Notes: generated from the letters alone by a model not told the origin. DNA of 64,000 nucleotides from an uncultured Clostridia bacterium (GCA_944393125.1 CALXZB010000001.1:315-64314), one strand, 5' to 3'; counted from the first letter of the stretch, positions 38,939 through 50,923 are shown. Program-made: numbers and translations.

Positions 38939-40015
38939 TCAAAATATTTTTTCTAGTTTTTCCATAATAATATTATTATATTGTTCTGCATCAAATTTTT
39001 CTTTTACTTCAAAACCATTTTCTATAAATAGTTTCATTTTTTGATAAATGTCATCTATATCTTTTGAAGTTGTATAACCAAATTTTCCTTCAATATCTTC
39101 ATAGTCTGATACTTTTGTAGTTATTATGGGTTTATTTAATATCATACTTTCTAAAAATACAACTGGATATCCTTCATAATCTGATGTTAATATTACACAA
39201 TCAGATATTTTGAAATATGGGTATGGGTTTTGCTTTTTACCAACAAATAATATTTGTTTTTCTAATTTATATTCTTTTACCATATTCTTGTATTTTTCAG
39301 TATCTTTACCTTCTCCTACAAATAGAATTTTGAATTTGTAATTATTTTTACTTAATTTTTTTGCAACTTCTATAATTCTATTTAATCTTTTTTCTTTTTC
39401 GTCATGTCTTCCTACATTTAGAAACGTTACTTCTTCTGATTTAGATAATTCTATATTTTCATTTGAAAGTCTGATTATTTTTTGATAATCTACTAGATTA
39501 TTACATACTATTACTTTTTCTTTTTCTTTTGGAAAAATCTCTATAAAAGATTGTTTTGCCTTTTTAGACACAAAAATTAAACGTTTAAATTTGTTATATT
39601 TTTTTTCTTTAAAAAATTTAATCATTTGATTTATGTTGTTTTTGTATATTGTACAATAATCTGAATGCACCCATAGACATGAATTTTTAGATGCTGTTCT
39701 ACTTACAAATGATGCTGAATTTGAATATGTTGCAAATGAAGCTGAGAAGTCAAATTTATTTTTGTATTTTAATGCAAACTTAATTCTTTGCACACAATTA
39801 ATTATTTTTCTTTTTATTATGTTTTTATCATTATTTGGTGTATATGTTATAACTTTAATATTTGAATTTAGTTCTTGTAAAAATATTCCCTCTTTTTTTT
39901 CAAGAACTAATGTTATTTCATAATCTTTTTTTTGTAATTCATTTAATAATGTTACTAATGCTTTTTCTATTCCTCCAATGTCTAAAGAATATGCAGAAAA
40001 TAATAATTTTTTCAT
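38939..40015 (-). CDS. GT4-family (GT-B) glycosyltransferase
   Basis: YSLDIGGIEKA at the N-terminus and SDYEGYPVVFLES in the C-terminal half. Confidence 0.8.
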   Translation of the reverse strand: MKKLLFSAYSLDIGGIEKALVTLLNELQKKDYEITLVLEKKEGIFLQELNSNIKVITYTPNNDKNIIKRKIINCVQRIKFALKYKNKFDFSASFATYSNSASFVSRTASKNSCLWVHSDYCTIYKNNINQMIKFFKEKKYNKFKRLIFVSKKAKQSFIEIFPKEKEKVIVCNNLVDYQKIIRLSNENIELSKSEEVTFLNVGRHDEKEKRLNRIIEVAKKLSKNNYKFKILFVGEGKDTEKYKNMVKEYKLEKQILFVGKKQNPYPYFKISDCVILTSDYEGYPVVFLESMILNKPIITTKVSDYEDIEGKFGYTTSKDIDDIYQKMKLFIENGFEVKEKFDAEQYNNIIMEKLEKIF

Positions 40016-40060
40016 TTTTTCATTCCTTTTTCTCTATTTTAATATTTTTATAATATCATT

Positions 40061-40096
40061 AAAAAGGAAAAAGTACAAGCTTTTTCTTGTACTTTC
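40061..40096 (-). terminator. Intrinsic terminator after eno
   Basis: Stem aaagtacaag/cttgtacttt with loop cttttt, followed on the minus strand by ccttttt. Confidence 0.6.
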
Positions 40097-40120
40097 TCTT
40101 GGTTTTAAATAAATTAGTTA

Positions 40121-41467
<1,347 letters not shown>

Positions 41468-41514
41468 TTATATTAAAGTGACATTGTCACCAAATATCTA
41501 TTTTATTTACTTCT

Positions 41515-42054
41515 TTATAAATATTGTTTATCAGTTTTTAATCTCATTTTTCTTTCTAACAAGTAATTCTCTATAGCTTGTTTTTCTTTTTTACTCTGTG
41601 GTTCTATATGTAAGTATTTATATCTCCAAAATATGTGGTGGTCATAATATTCTTCTTTGCTAACTGTTAAACTATCATAATTGTATTCAATTTTAAACTT
41701 ATTGTCCTTAATTGAAATTGTTATATTAGACCATATCTTTTGTCCACTTTTGGCATATTCCTCTCTAAGTTTCTTTATTAAATCATATAGTACTTCAACT
41801 TCTTGCATATATTCTTCTTCATCAATATCATATTTTGCTGGGACTTCATATACATTTATAAATCTTTTTTTTAATATCCCTTTTGGTAAAAAGTAAAAAT
41901 ACATTTCTCCTGTTTGTATACTCCCAAGTCTATCAATAATAGATGCATAAAGGTATAATTCATCCCATTTGCCTGGTACTATATCAAATATTTTTTTCTG
42001 TATTTCATTATAAATTTCTTTTTTTCCATTTGTATTATTTGACAATTTTTTCAC
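41515..42054 (-). CDS. YezG/DUF600-family immunity-type protein (orphan)
   Basis: IYNEIQKKIFDIVPGKWDELYLYASI....GEMYFYF......VYEVP.KY.........L..L...LREEY......W...T....DNKFKIEYNYD follows the YezG (LXG-toxin antitoxin, TIGR01741-like) pattern as I recall it. A non-ATG start (GTG 42054 or TTG 42045) lies 2-11 nt after the gpmI stop. Confidence 0.65.
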   Translation of the reverse strand: MKKLSNNTNGKKEIYNEIQKKIFDIVPGKWDELYLYASIIDRLGSIQTGEMYFYFLPKGILKKRFINVYEVPAKYDIDEEEYMQEVEVLYDLIKKLREEYAKSGQKIWSNITISIKDNKFKIEYNYDSLTVSKEEYYDHHIFWRYKYLHIEPQSKKEKQAIENYLLERKMRLKTDKQYL

Positions 42055-42056
42055 CC

Positions 42057-43589
42057 TTATTTTACTAGAATACTTTCTCCTGTCATTTCATTAGGCTTAT
42101 CTATTTTCAATATTTCTAATAGTGTTGGTGCTAAATCTGCTAACTTTCCTGATTTAATATCTAGTTTTTCATCATTCGAAACTAGTATTAATGGCACAGG
42201 ATTTGTAGTATGAGCAGTATGTGGTTCTCCAGTTTTATAATCAATCATTTGCTCACAATTTCCGTGATCTGCTGTTATTAACATAGTTCCATCATGTGCA
42301 AGCATTGCATCTACTACTTTTCCAACACATTCATCAACTGCTTCTACTGCTTTTATTGCAGCAGGTAAACTTCCTGTATGTCCTACCATATCTGGATTAG
42401 CATAATTTAATATTATTACATTATATTTTTCACTATTTATTGCTTCTACAACTTTTTCTGTAACTTCATATGCACTCATCTCAGGTTGTAAATCATAAGT
42501 TGCAACTTTTGGAGATGGTACTAATATTCTATCTTCTCCAGGATATTGTTTTTCTTCTCCACCATTAAAGAAAAATGTTACATGAGCATATTTCTCTGTT
42601 TCAGCAATACGTAATTGTGTTAAACCATTTTTGCTTAAAACTTCTCCTAATGTATTTACTAAGGGTTCTTTTTTAAATGCAATTTTTACGTTTGGCATTG
42701 TTTCATCGTAATTTGTAAAACATACAAAATATGTTTTCATTTTCTTTGTTTCAAACCCATTGAAATTTGGATCTACGATTGCTCTAGTTATTTCTCTTGC
42801 TCTGTCTGGTCTAAAGTTAAAGAATATTACAGAATCATTTTCTTGTATTGTTGCTATTGGTGTATCACCATTACAAATTACAGTAGGTTCTACAAATTCG
42901 TCAAATACTTCTTTTTGGTAAGAATCTTCTATTGCTATAGTTGTTGATGTAGCTTTATTTCCTTCACCATACACTAATGCATCATAGCATTTTTTAACTC
43001 TTTCCCATCTTTTATCTCTATCCATAGCATAAAATCTTCCTGATATACTTGCTATTTTCCCTACAGCTTTTTCTTTCATTTTTTCTTCTAATTCTGCTAA
43101 ATAACTTTCTCCTGATGCTGGTGGTGTATCTCTACCATCTAAGAAGCAATGTACATAAACATCTTCAAAGTCTCTTCTTTTTGCCATTTCCAACAAACCA
43201 TACAAATGTCTATTGTGGCTATGAACACCACCATCTGAAAGAAGACCTAATATATGTAGTTTTGTATTGTGTTTTTTACAATTTTCTATTGCTTCTATAA
43301 ATTCTGGAATTGCAAAGAAATCACCATCTTCAATTGATTTAGTTATTTTTGTTAATTCTTGATAAACAATTCTTCCAGCTCCAATATTTGTGTGCCCTAC
43401 TTCTGAATTTCCCATTTGTCCTTCTGGTAATCCAACTTTTAATCCGCTTGTATATATTTCAGTTGTTTTATATTTTTTCATAAGTTTATCTATATTAGGT
43501 GTATTGGCTTGTTTTACTGCATTTGCATCTGCATTATTATTTATGCCAAATCCATCTAGTATCATTAGCATGACTGGTTTTGTTTCCAT
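42057..43589 (-). CDS. gpmI: 2,3-bisphosphoglycerate-independent phosphoglycerate mutase
   Basis: MLMILDGFG, NSEVGHTNIGAGR and the C-terminal TADHGN motifs are present. ATG 43589 has better RBS spacing than 43598. Confidence 0.95.
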   Translation of the reverse strand: METKPVMLMILDGFGINNNADANAVKQANTPNIDKLMKKYKTTEIYTSGLKVGLPEGQMGNSEVGHTNIGAGRIVYQELTKITKSIEDGDFFAIPEFIEAIENCKKHNTKLHILGLLSDGGVHSHNRHLYGLLEMAKRRDFEDVYVHCFLDGRDTPPASGESYLAELEEKMKEKAVGKIASISGRFYAMDRDKRWERVKKCYDALVYGEGNKATSTTIAIEDSYQKEVFDEFVEPTVICNGDTPIATIQENDSVIFFNFRPDRAREITRAIVDPNFNGFETKKMKTYFVCFTNYDETMPNVKIAFKKEPLVNTLGEVLSKNGLTQLRIAETEKYAHVTFFFNGGEEKQYPGEDRILVPSPKVATYDLQPEMSAYEVTEKVVEAINSEKYNVIILNYANPDMVGHTGSLPAAIKAVEAVDECVGKVVDAMLAHDGTMLITADHGNCEQMIDYKTGEPHTAHTTNPVPLILVSNDEKLDIKSGKLADLAPTLLEILKIDKPNEMTGESILVK

Positions 43590-43625
43590 TTTCAACATTC
43601 CTTTCTGTTAATTTGAGTATAAAAT

Positions 43626-44378
43626 CTATTCATCAAATTTTACTATTTTTGAGAATTCTTCTGCTTTTAAACTAGCTCCTCCAACTAATCCTCCGTCAAT
43701 ATCTGACATTTCAAATAGTTCTTTTGCATTTGAAGATTTTACACTTCCACCATATTGTATTATAACTCCATTTGCTTCATTTTGTCCATATTTTTCCGCC
43801 AATTTTTTTCTAATCTGCATGATAGTATTGTTTGCATCTTCTTTTGTTGCAGTTTTCCCTGTTCCTATTGCCCAAATAGGTTCATAAGCTATTATTATTT
43901 TTTCTAAATCAGTTGTCTCAATACCTTCAAATGCTTTTTCAACTTGATTTGTTATAACTTGTTCTGTAATTCCTTTTTCTCTTTGTTCTAGTGTTTCTCC
44001 TACACATACTATTGGCTTTAGTCCAACATTTAAAGCTGATTTGATTTTTTTATTTACAGTTTCATCTGTTTCTGCAAAATATTGTCTTCTTTCTGAGTGT
44101 CCTATAATTACATATTCCACTCCTATTGATTTTAGCATTTGCCCTGATACTTCTCCAGTATATGCTCCACTTTCTTCCCAATGCATATTTTGTGCTCCAA
44201 TTTTTATATTAGTTCCTTGTATATTCAATAAGCAATAGAATAAATTAGTATAAGGAACACATAATATAACTTCATGTTTTGTATCTTTTACAAGTGGTGC
44301 AAATTCTTCAATAAAATTAATTGCTTCATTTGGAAGCATGTTCATTTTCCAGTTTCCTGCAATTACTTTTTTTCTCAT
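43626..44378 (-). CDS. tpiA: Triosephosphate isomerase
   Basis: AGNWKMN, IIGHSERR, AYEPIWAIGTG and GGASL are present. Confidence 0.95.
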   Translation of the reverse strand: MRKKVIAGNWKMNMLPNEAINFIEEFAPLVKDTKHEVILCVPYTNLFYCLLNIQGTNIKIGAQNMHWEESGAYTGEVSGQMLKSIGVEYVIIGHSERRQYFAETDETVNKKIKSALNVGLKPIVCVGETLEQREKGITEQVITNQVEKAFEGIETTDLEKIIIAYEPIWAIGTGKTATKEDANNTIMQIRKKLAEKYGQNEANGVIIQYGGSVKSSNAKELFEMSDIDGGLVGGASLKAEEFSKIVKFDE

Positions 44379-44402
44379 TTTTGTTTTTTCACCTCTTTAA
44401 TC

Positions 44403-45026
44403 TTATTTTTGGCTTTCTTCCTTTTCCTTACTAGACATTTCTTTGATTTTTTCATCTAATATAGAAAAGATTTTTTCAGCTTCTTCTGACTTTGGTATTA
44501 ACATTTCTGAATCATTATTTCTTACCCTTTGTTTTAATTCTTCATAATCCATAAAAAACAATTCATCTACTTCTTCATCTTGTTTAATGTAACTTTCTAG
44601 TGAATTGCTTAAAAAAGCTAAATAAAAATGTACAATATATCTTCCTTGTCTACCATGTTCAGCTAAATTAATTTTGCTTTCAGCAAACTTTTGAATCTTT
44701 TTACATAAACTTTCTGAATCAGTTAACCCAATTTCTTCGCCAGCTTCTCGTAAAATAGCTTGAGTCACAGTATCTTCTGGTTTTACATGTCCAGAAACAC
44801 TAACATCAATTTTTCCGGGATTATGCTTTTTGCTTTTGCTTCTTCTTTGCATTAAAACTTGGTTTGTATCAGGATTTATTATCCAAAGCTGAACTCCTTC
44901 TAATAATAATCCTTTATCAATTCCTTCTTCCCTATCTACAATCCCTATTGGCTGATTTAAATCATCATAAAATGTTAATTTTTCAGTATTTTCTTGCCTA
45001 GTTATTCTATATTTTTCTAATCCCAT
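44403..45026 (-). CDS. NUDIX hydrolase
   Basis: The Nudix box GHVKPEDTVTQAILREAGEEIGL (GX5EX7REUXEEXGU) is present. 207 aa with a Lys/Glu-rich tail. Confidence 0.8.
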   Translation of the reverse strand: MGLEKYRITRQENTEKLTFYDDLNQPIGIVDREEGIDKGLLLEGVQLWIINPDTNQVLMQRRSKSKKHNPGKIDVSVSGHVKPEDTVTQAILREAGEEIGLTDSESLCKKIQKFAESKINLAEHGRQGRYIVHFYLAFLSNSLESYIKQDEEVDELFFMDYEELKQRVRNNDSEMLIPKSEEAEKIFSILDEKIKEMSSKEKEESQK

Positions 45027-45044
45027 ATTCTACTTCTACATCCT

Positions 45045-46229
45045 TTATTTGTCTAGTAAGCATTCTATTCCTGGTAATTTCTTTCCTTCTAGGAATTCTA
45101 GAGATGCTCCTCCACCTGTTGAAATATGTGTCATTTTATCTGCTAATCCTGCTTTTTCAACAGCTGCTGCTGAATCTCCTCCACCTATTATTGTTGTTGC
45201 ATCTAACTCTGCTAAAGCATGTGCTATCGCATTTGTTCCTACCGCAAATTGTTCAAATTCAAATAAACCTAAAGGTCCATTCCATACTACTGTTTTTGCA
45301 GTTTTTAATTCGTTTTTAAACATCTCTATTGTTTTTTCTCCAATGTCAAATCCTTCCCATTCGTCAGGAATTTCTGTCCAAGCAACAGTTTTGCTTTCTG
45401 TGTCTGGTTTAAATTCTTTTCCTACTTTTGTATCTATTGGTAATAATAATTTTACTCCTTTATTTTTTGCTTTTTCCATTAAGTTTAGTGCTAATTCACA
45501 TTTATCTTCTTCACAAAGTGAATTTCCTACATTATATCCTTGAGCTTTAAAAAAAGTATATGCCATTCCTCCACCAATCATTAATGTATCTACTTTTTCT
45601 AATAAGCTATCTATAACACCAATTTTGTCAGATACTTTTGCTCCTCCTAATATTGCTACAAATGGTCTTTCTGGATTATTTAAACTATCTCCTAAGAATT
45701 TTAATTCTTTTTCTATTAAAAATCCTGATACTGATGGTAAATAATGTGATATTCCTTCTGTTGATGCATGTGCTCTATGTGCTGTTCCAAAAGCATCATT
45801 TACAAATACTTCTGCCATATTAGCTAATTCTTTTGCAAATTCTGGATCATTGTCTGTTTCTTCTCTATGAAATCTTACATTTTCAAGTAACATTATTTGA
45901 CCTTCTTTTAAATTAGCTGATAAATTTTTTGCACTTTCTCCTATTACATCTTTTGCCATAAGTACTTCTTTGCCTAATAGTTTTGATAGTTCTTTTGCTA
46001 CAGGTGCTAAAGAGTATTCTGGTTTAACTTCTCCTTTTGGTCTTCCTAAATGTGAGCATAATATTATTTTACAATTTTGTTCTAGTAAATATTTTATTGT
46101 AGCTAATGCTGCAACTATTCTTCTATTGTCTGTTATATTCCTATTTTCATCCATTGGAACATTAAAATCACATCTTACAAACACTTTTTTTCCTTTTAAG
46201 TCTATATCTTTTACTGTTTTTTTACTCAT
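45045..46229 (-). CDS. pgk: Phosphoglycerate kinase
   Basis: [10 protein letters not shown] and the C-terminal [14 protein letters not shown] motifs are present. Confidence 0.97.
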   Translation of the reverse strand: MSKKTVKDIDLKGKKVFVRCDFNVPMDENRNITDNRRIVAALATIKYLLEQNCKIILCSHLGRPKGEVKPEYSLAPVAKELSKLLGKEVLMAKDVIGESAKNLSANLKEGQIMLLENVRFHREETDNDPEFAKELANMAEVFVNDAFGTAHRAHASTEGISHYLPSVSGFLIEKELKFLGDSLNNPERPFVAILGGAKVSDKIGVIDSLLEKVDTLMIGGGMAYTFFKAQGYNVGNSLCEEDKCELALNLMEKAKNKGVKLLLPIDTKVGKEFKPDTESKTVAWTEIPDEWEGFDIGEKTIEMFKNELKTAKTVVWNGPLGLFEFEQFAVGTNAIAHALAELDATTIIGGGDSAAAVEKAGLADKMTHISTGGGASLEFLEGKKLPGIECLLDK

Positions 46230-46346
46230 TACAATTCTTCCTTTCTTTTTTGGAATATGCTAAGTATTAACTAGTTTATAATATTCCATATTTTAAAACA
46301 CTTTTAAAAGGCTAGAGGCTAGTATGCCCCTAACCTTAATATAATA

Positions 46347-47462
<1,116 letters not shown>

Positions 47463-47486
47463 CTAATTTAAAAATATCTGTATTTT

Positions 47487-47921
47487 TTATAGATATTTTT
47501 TTAATGTTTCTACACTGTCTTCTTGCATAACCACAAAATCATTTAATATTTGTCTAACTTCTGCATCTACACTAGGATTATTGTTAAGAAGTCTTCTTCC
47601 TTCAATAATTCCCATATTAGTTCCTTGTAAAAGAAGCTCTGAAATTTTAGAATTACTTTGGTCTGTCATTGTTTTCATATTGACACCATACCATGTCATC
47701 ATTTTGTTCATTGCACTTGTTTCTTGTGGTTCTTTTGATGCATATTGTGAATATATGTCACTAACTCTGTTTGCAATTTTTTGATATTTTCCATATTCAA
47801 CATCTAAAACTTTTTTAAATTTCATATCTCCAACTTTGTTTGATACATAATGAATTGCATCCATACCCATTGTTGTTCCCTTATTGACTTCGTCTAAAAC
47901 TTTTACATTAATATCTTCCAT
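47487..47921 (-). CDS. DUF2383-like four-helix-bundle (ferritin-like) protein
   Basis: About 144 aa, helical, with the pattern L.E..KG..MG..A......... and L.QGTNMGI similar to DUF2383 proteins. AGGAGG RBS. Confidence 0.5.
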   Translation of the reverse strand: MEDINVKVLDEVNKGTTMGMDAIHYVSNKVGDMKFKKVLDVEYGKYQKIANRVSDIYSQYASKEPQETSAMNKMMTWYGVNMKTMTDQSNSKISELLLQGTNMGIIEGRRLLNNNPSVDAEVRQILNDFVVMQEDSVETLKKYL

Positions 47922-48038
47922 AACTTACCTCCTAAAGTTAGTTTTACCTTTTTTAACTTGTTTATTCAAAAATTTAATTTTTATGGTCAGGCACTTTTAA
48001 TTGTTTATAACATATAATTAAAAAGTGGAGGTGCTCAT

Positions 48039-48740
48039 ATGTTTTTCTCACTTTGTATCGGTGGTTTCCTACAGTTTTTACAAACTGCTGTTTTTACAGT
48101 GGGATATATTTCAGGAACTCAGCTTTTTCCTGAACCTTTAAGTTCTAAAGAAGAAACTTTTTACCTTGAAAGGTTAAATGCTGGAGATGAAGATGCTCGT
48201 AACATACTTATAGAAAGAAACTTAAGATTAGTCGCCCATGTTTGTAAAAAATATTCCAATTCTAATGTTGACCAAGATGATTTAATTTCTATAGGAACTA
48301 TTGGCCTTATTAAAGGAATAAATAGTTTTAAACAAGAAAAAGGTGCTCGCTTGTCTACATATGTTTCTCGTTGCATAGATAATGAAATTCTTATGTATTT
48401 TAGAGCAACTAAAAAACTTTCTTCTGAAGTATATCTAAGTGATCCTATCGGCAAAGATAAAGATGATAATGTTGTTACTTTACAAGAAGTTTTAGAAAAT
48501 GATGAACGTAGTGTTGAAGATTCTGTTGATTTAAAAATGAAAGTAAAATTACTATATGAAAAAATGAAAAATGTTTTAAAAGATAGAGAACGTACAATTT
48601 TAGAGTTACGTTTTGGCTTAGATGGAAATAAACCAAAAACTCAAATCGAAATTGCTAAATCTATGGGAATTTCACGTTCATATGTTTCTCGTATTGAAAC
48701 TAAAGCTATTGGAAAATTAGCTAAAGAATTTAAAGAATAG
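48039..48740 (+). CDS. sigK: Sporulation sigma factor K (pro-sigma-K), uninterrupted
   Basis: GYISGTQLFPEPLSSKEETFYLERLNAGDEDARNILIERNLRLVAHV..DLISIGTIGLIKGI matches SigK rather than SigE (which has the YIGG.EALPPPL type). A hydrophobic pro-sequence is present, and regions 2-4 are intact. Confidence 0.85.
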   Translation: MFFSLCIGGFLQFLQTAVFTVGYISGTQLFPEPLSSKEETFYLERLNAGDEDARNILIERNLRLVAHVCKKYSNSNVDQDDLISIGTIGLIKGINSFKQEKGARLSTYVSRCIDNEILMYFRATKKLSSEVYLSDPIGKDKDDNVVTLQEVLENDERSVEDSVDLKMKVKLLYEKMKNVLKDRERTILELRFGLDGNKPKTQIEIAKSMGISRSYVSRIETKAIGKLAKEFKE

Positions 48741-48760
48741 CAAAAATTTTATATAAAGAT

Positions 48761-48795
48761 AAAACTATGAGTAATTTATCTTTACTCATAGTTTT
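48761..48795. terminator. Bidirectional intrinsic terminator (sigK / convergent gene)
   Basis: A perfect 14-bp stem aaaactatgagtaa/ttactcatagtttt with a 7-nt loop. Confidence 0.7.
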
Positions 48796-48802
48796 GATCT
48801 AA

Positions 48803-49117
48803 TCACATATAATTTTCTAAATAAGACACTTTTTTCCCTTTTGCTTTTGCATACTCGATTTCGTTTCTTGTACTTTCTCCGATATATCCCTCAACATTAA
48901 TTACAAAAATCTCATCAGACATATCTATTTTTTGCTTATGCATTTTGTCTAACATTTCTTTAGTTTCTTCTTTTATATCCTCTTTTTTCATACTATTTAA
49001 AAAATTAGGTGTTAAAATAATATTTCCTTCTAATGTAAGTTTCTCTTGAACTTTTATAAATTCCTCTTTAAATTTAATTGAACCACATAATGTTATAATT
49101 TTGTATTTATTTTTCAC
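48803..49117 (-). CDS. Nucleoside 2-deoxyribosyltransferase-like / RCL(DNPH1)-like fold protein
   Basis: 104 aa. KIITLCGSIKF at the N-terminus and IDMSDEIFVINVEGYIGESTRNEIEYAKAKGKKV at the C-terminus resemble the Rossmann-like NDT/RCL superfamily. GTG start with a GAAAGGA RBS. Confidence 0.45.
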   Translation of the reverse strand: MKNKYKIITLCGSIKFKEEFIKVQEKLTLEGNIILTPNFLNSMKKEDIKEETKEMLDKMHKQKIDMSDEIFVINVEGYIGESTRNEIEYAKAKGKKVSYLENYM

Positions 49118-49264
49118 TTTTAAATTCCTTTCTTTTAATAAGTTGTAATTAAGATTATATGAAATTCATATGAATTTTTTTATTATTTATGTAGTTGCTT
49201 ATCAATCCAGTTCTTATATTGAAATAAAGTAATTGAATCTAAATTGCAAATACTATTACATATT

Positions 49265-50134
49265 TTAATCATTATTCAGAAAATTCATTACTAAATCTAT
49301 AATTACATCTTTTTCCCTAGGATTTGACTCAGCAATAAGTAATGTCAATGCAGCTAATGTGTTGTTATCAATTGTTTGCATTCCATTTTTATATAAAATT
49401 CCATAAAAGTTTAGAAAATATATAAACAAAGTTGCTGCAATTCTTTTGTTTCCATCTGCAAAAACATGATTTTTAACTATTAAATACAAAAAGTTAGCAG
49501 CCTTTTCTTCAATGCTTTTATAAATATCTTGTCCAGCAAAACTTTGATATATATTTCCTATTATTGATTCTAATCCTTTATCTCGTTCTACTGCAAACAA
49601 TGAACTTTCTTCTTTGAATCTCAATTTATTAATAATTTCTATACAATCACTATATTTAATTTTTCTCTCATCAATATTTCCTTCAATTTTCTTTATAGTT
49701 CTGTGATCATAATCATCTAATAAGTTTAATGCTTTTGAATACTCTCCTATTACTTTTAATATTTCTTTGGCATCATTTTCTTCTAATCTTTCATCTATTC
49801 GATTAGCTATATCTATTAATTTTATTGTTTTCTCTAAATATTCTAATCTTTTTTGATTAATAGCATAACCTTTTAACATATAATCTTTTAAGATTTTTGT
49901 AGCCCATTTTCTGAATAAAATACCGTTTTGTGATTTAACACGATAACCAACAGATATTATCATATCCAGATTATAATAGTTAGTAGGTTTATCAGAAAAT
50001 TCGGAATTTCCGAATTTAGTCATAGTTTCTTTTTCTATTAATTCTCCTTCCTTATATATATTCTTTATATGTTCATTAACTGTAGACTTAGCTTTTCCAA
50101 ATAGTTCTGCCATTTGATTTTGTGTAAGCCACAC
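49265..50134 (-). CDS. RhuM-family / Fic-DOC fusion protein, apparently 5'-truncated
   Basis: WLTQNQMAELFGK....V.EHIKNIY.EGEL......KF.........KPTNYYNLDMIISVGYRVKS..G..FR.WAT is RhuM-like. The C-terminal HVFADGNKRIAATL is the Fic/DOC HxFx(D/E)GNxR motif. A TAA lies 9 codons upstream of the only in-frame start (GTG 50134), removing the usual ~20-25 aa N-terminus. Confidence 0.75.
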   Translation of the reverse strand: MWLTQNQMAELFGKAKSTVNEHIKNIYKEGELIEKETMTKFGNSEFSDKPTNYYNLDMIISVGYRVKSQNGILFRKWATKILKDYMLKGYAINQKRLEYLEKTIKLIDIANRIDERLEENDAKEILKVIGEYSKALNLLDDYDHRTIKKIEGNIDERKIKYSDCIEIINKLRFKEESSLFAVERDKGLESIIGNIYQSFAGQDIYKSIEEKAANFLYLIVKNHVFADGNKRIAATLFIYFLNFYGILYKNGMQTIDNNTLAALTLLIAESNPREKDVIIDLVMNFLNND

Positions 50135-50359
50135 AGTTTCATCTTTTAAGTTTACCTCTAATTATAGGATTATAAATGATTTGTCAATGGAATTTAAAAA
50201 TAATGTTTATAAAATATCAATATTTATAAATTAAACTTTGCACAAAATTTTAAAATCTTAATTGATTTTTAATTTTATATTCTTTTTTAATTTATAAATA
50301 TATAAGAATATATTGCCTTCTAAAAATAACCTATTCCCTATTCTCTTTTATTGAATCTG

Positions 50360-50393
50360 TAAAAAGAAGATTAGTTATATTTCAAACTAATCT
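50360..50393 (-). terminator. Intrinsic terminator after the VanZ-like gene
   Basis: Stem agattagtt (50368-50376) pairs with aactaatct (50385-50393), followed on the minus strand by tcttttt. Confidence 0.6.
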
Positions 50394-50404
50394 GTAATTT
50401 GTCT

Positions 50405-50923
50405 TTATTTTTCTTTTATATAACTTAATATTTTAGTTGTTAATGGTTTAAATATTAAATACAATATATATCCAATAATTCCTCCAAGTATATTTGTTAC
50501 TAAATCAGTTATATCTGATGACCTAAAACCATTTATTAATGGTTGCAATATCTCAATACCTAAACTTAATAAGAATGTATATAATATTGTTTTCATTAAG
50601 TTTATTTTTTTATTTTTGATAAGTGGTAATAAAAATCCAAATGGAATTGTCATTACAATATTTAATACTACTTGTCTAATAAAGTCTCCTCTACCAGTCG
50701 AAACATCAATGAAAGGCACTAAATTCATTGGAACATAAGAGTGATTAAATACAAATGGCAAAGATGTGATTATAGGCATTAAAGTAAAATACAATACAAA
50801 AGATAAATATATATACATTATAGTATTTATAAATAAGATATCTTTTCCTTTTACTTTCCATCTTTTATAAAATATAAAAATATATAAAATAAATAAAACA
50901 ACAAAATCTACTAGCTCTTTCAT
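50405..50923 (-). CDS. VanZ-like family membrane protein
   Basis: ATG 50923 follows GGAGGAAG. 4-5 TM helices, with the conserved GIEILQ....GR..D..D...N..G..IG motif region. Confidence 0.8.
   Translation of the reverse strand: MKELVDFVVLFILYIFIFYKRWKVKGKDILFINTIMYIYLSFVLYFTLMPIITSLPFVFNHSYVPMNLVPFIDVSTGRGDFIRQVVLNIVMTIPFGFLLPLIKNKKINLMKTILYTFLLSLGIEILQPLINGFRSSDITDLVTNILGGIIGYILYLIFKPLTTKILSYIKEK

Noticed and set aside
48039-48740. Possible interruption of sigK by a skin-like element.
   Set aside because: The ORF is continuous from the pro-sequence through region 4.2 (233 aa), so there is no split gene.
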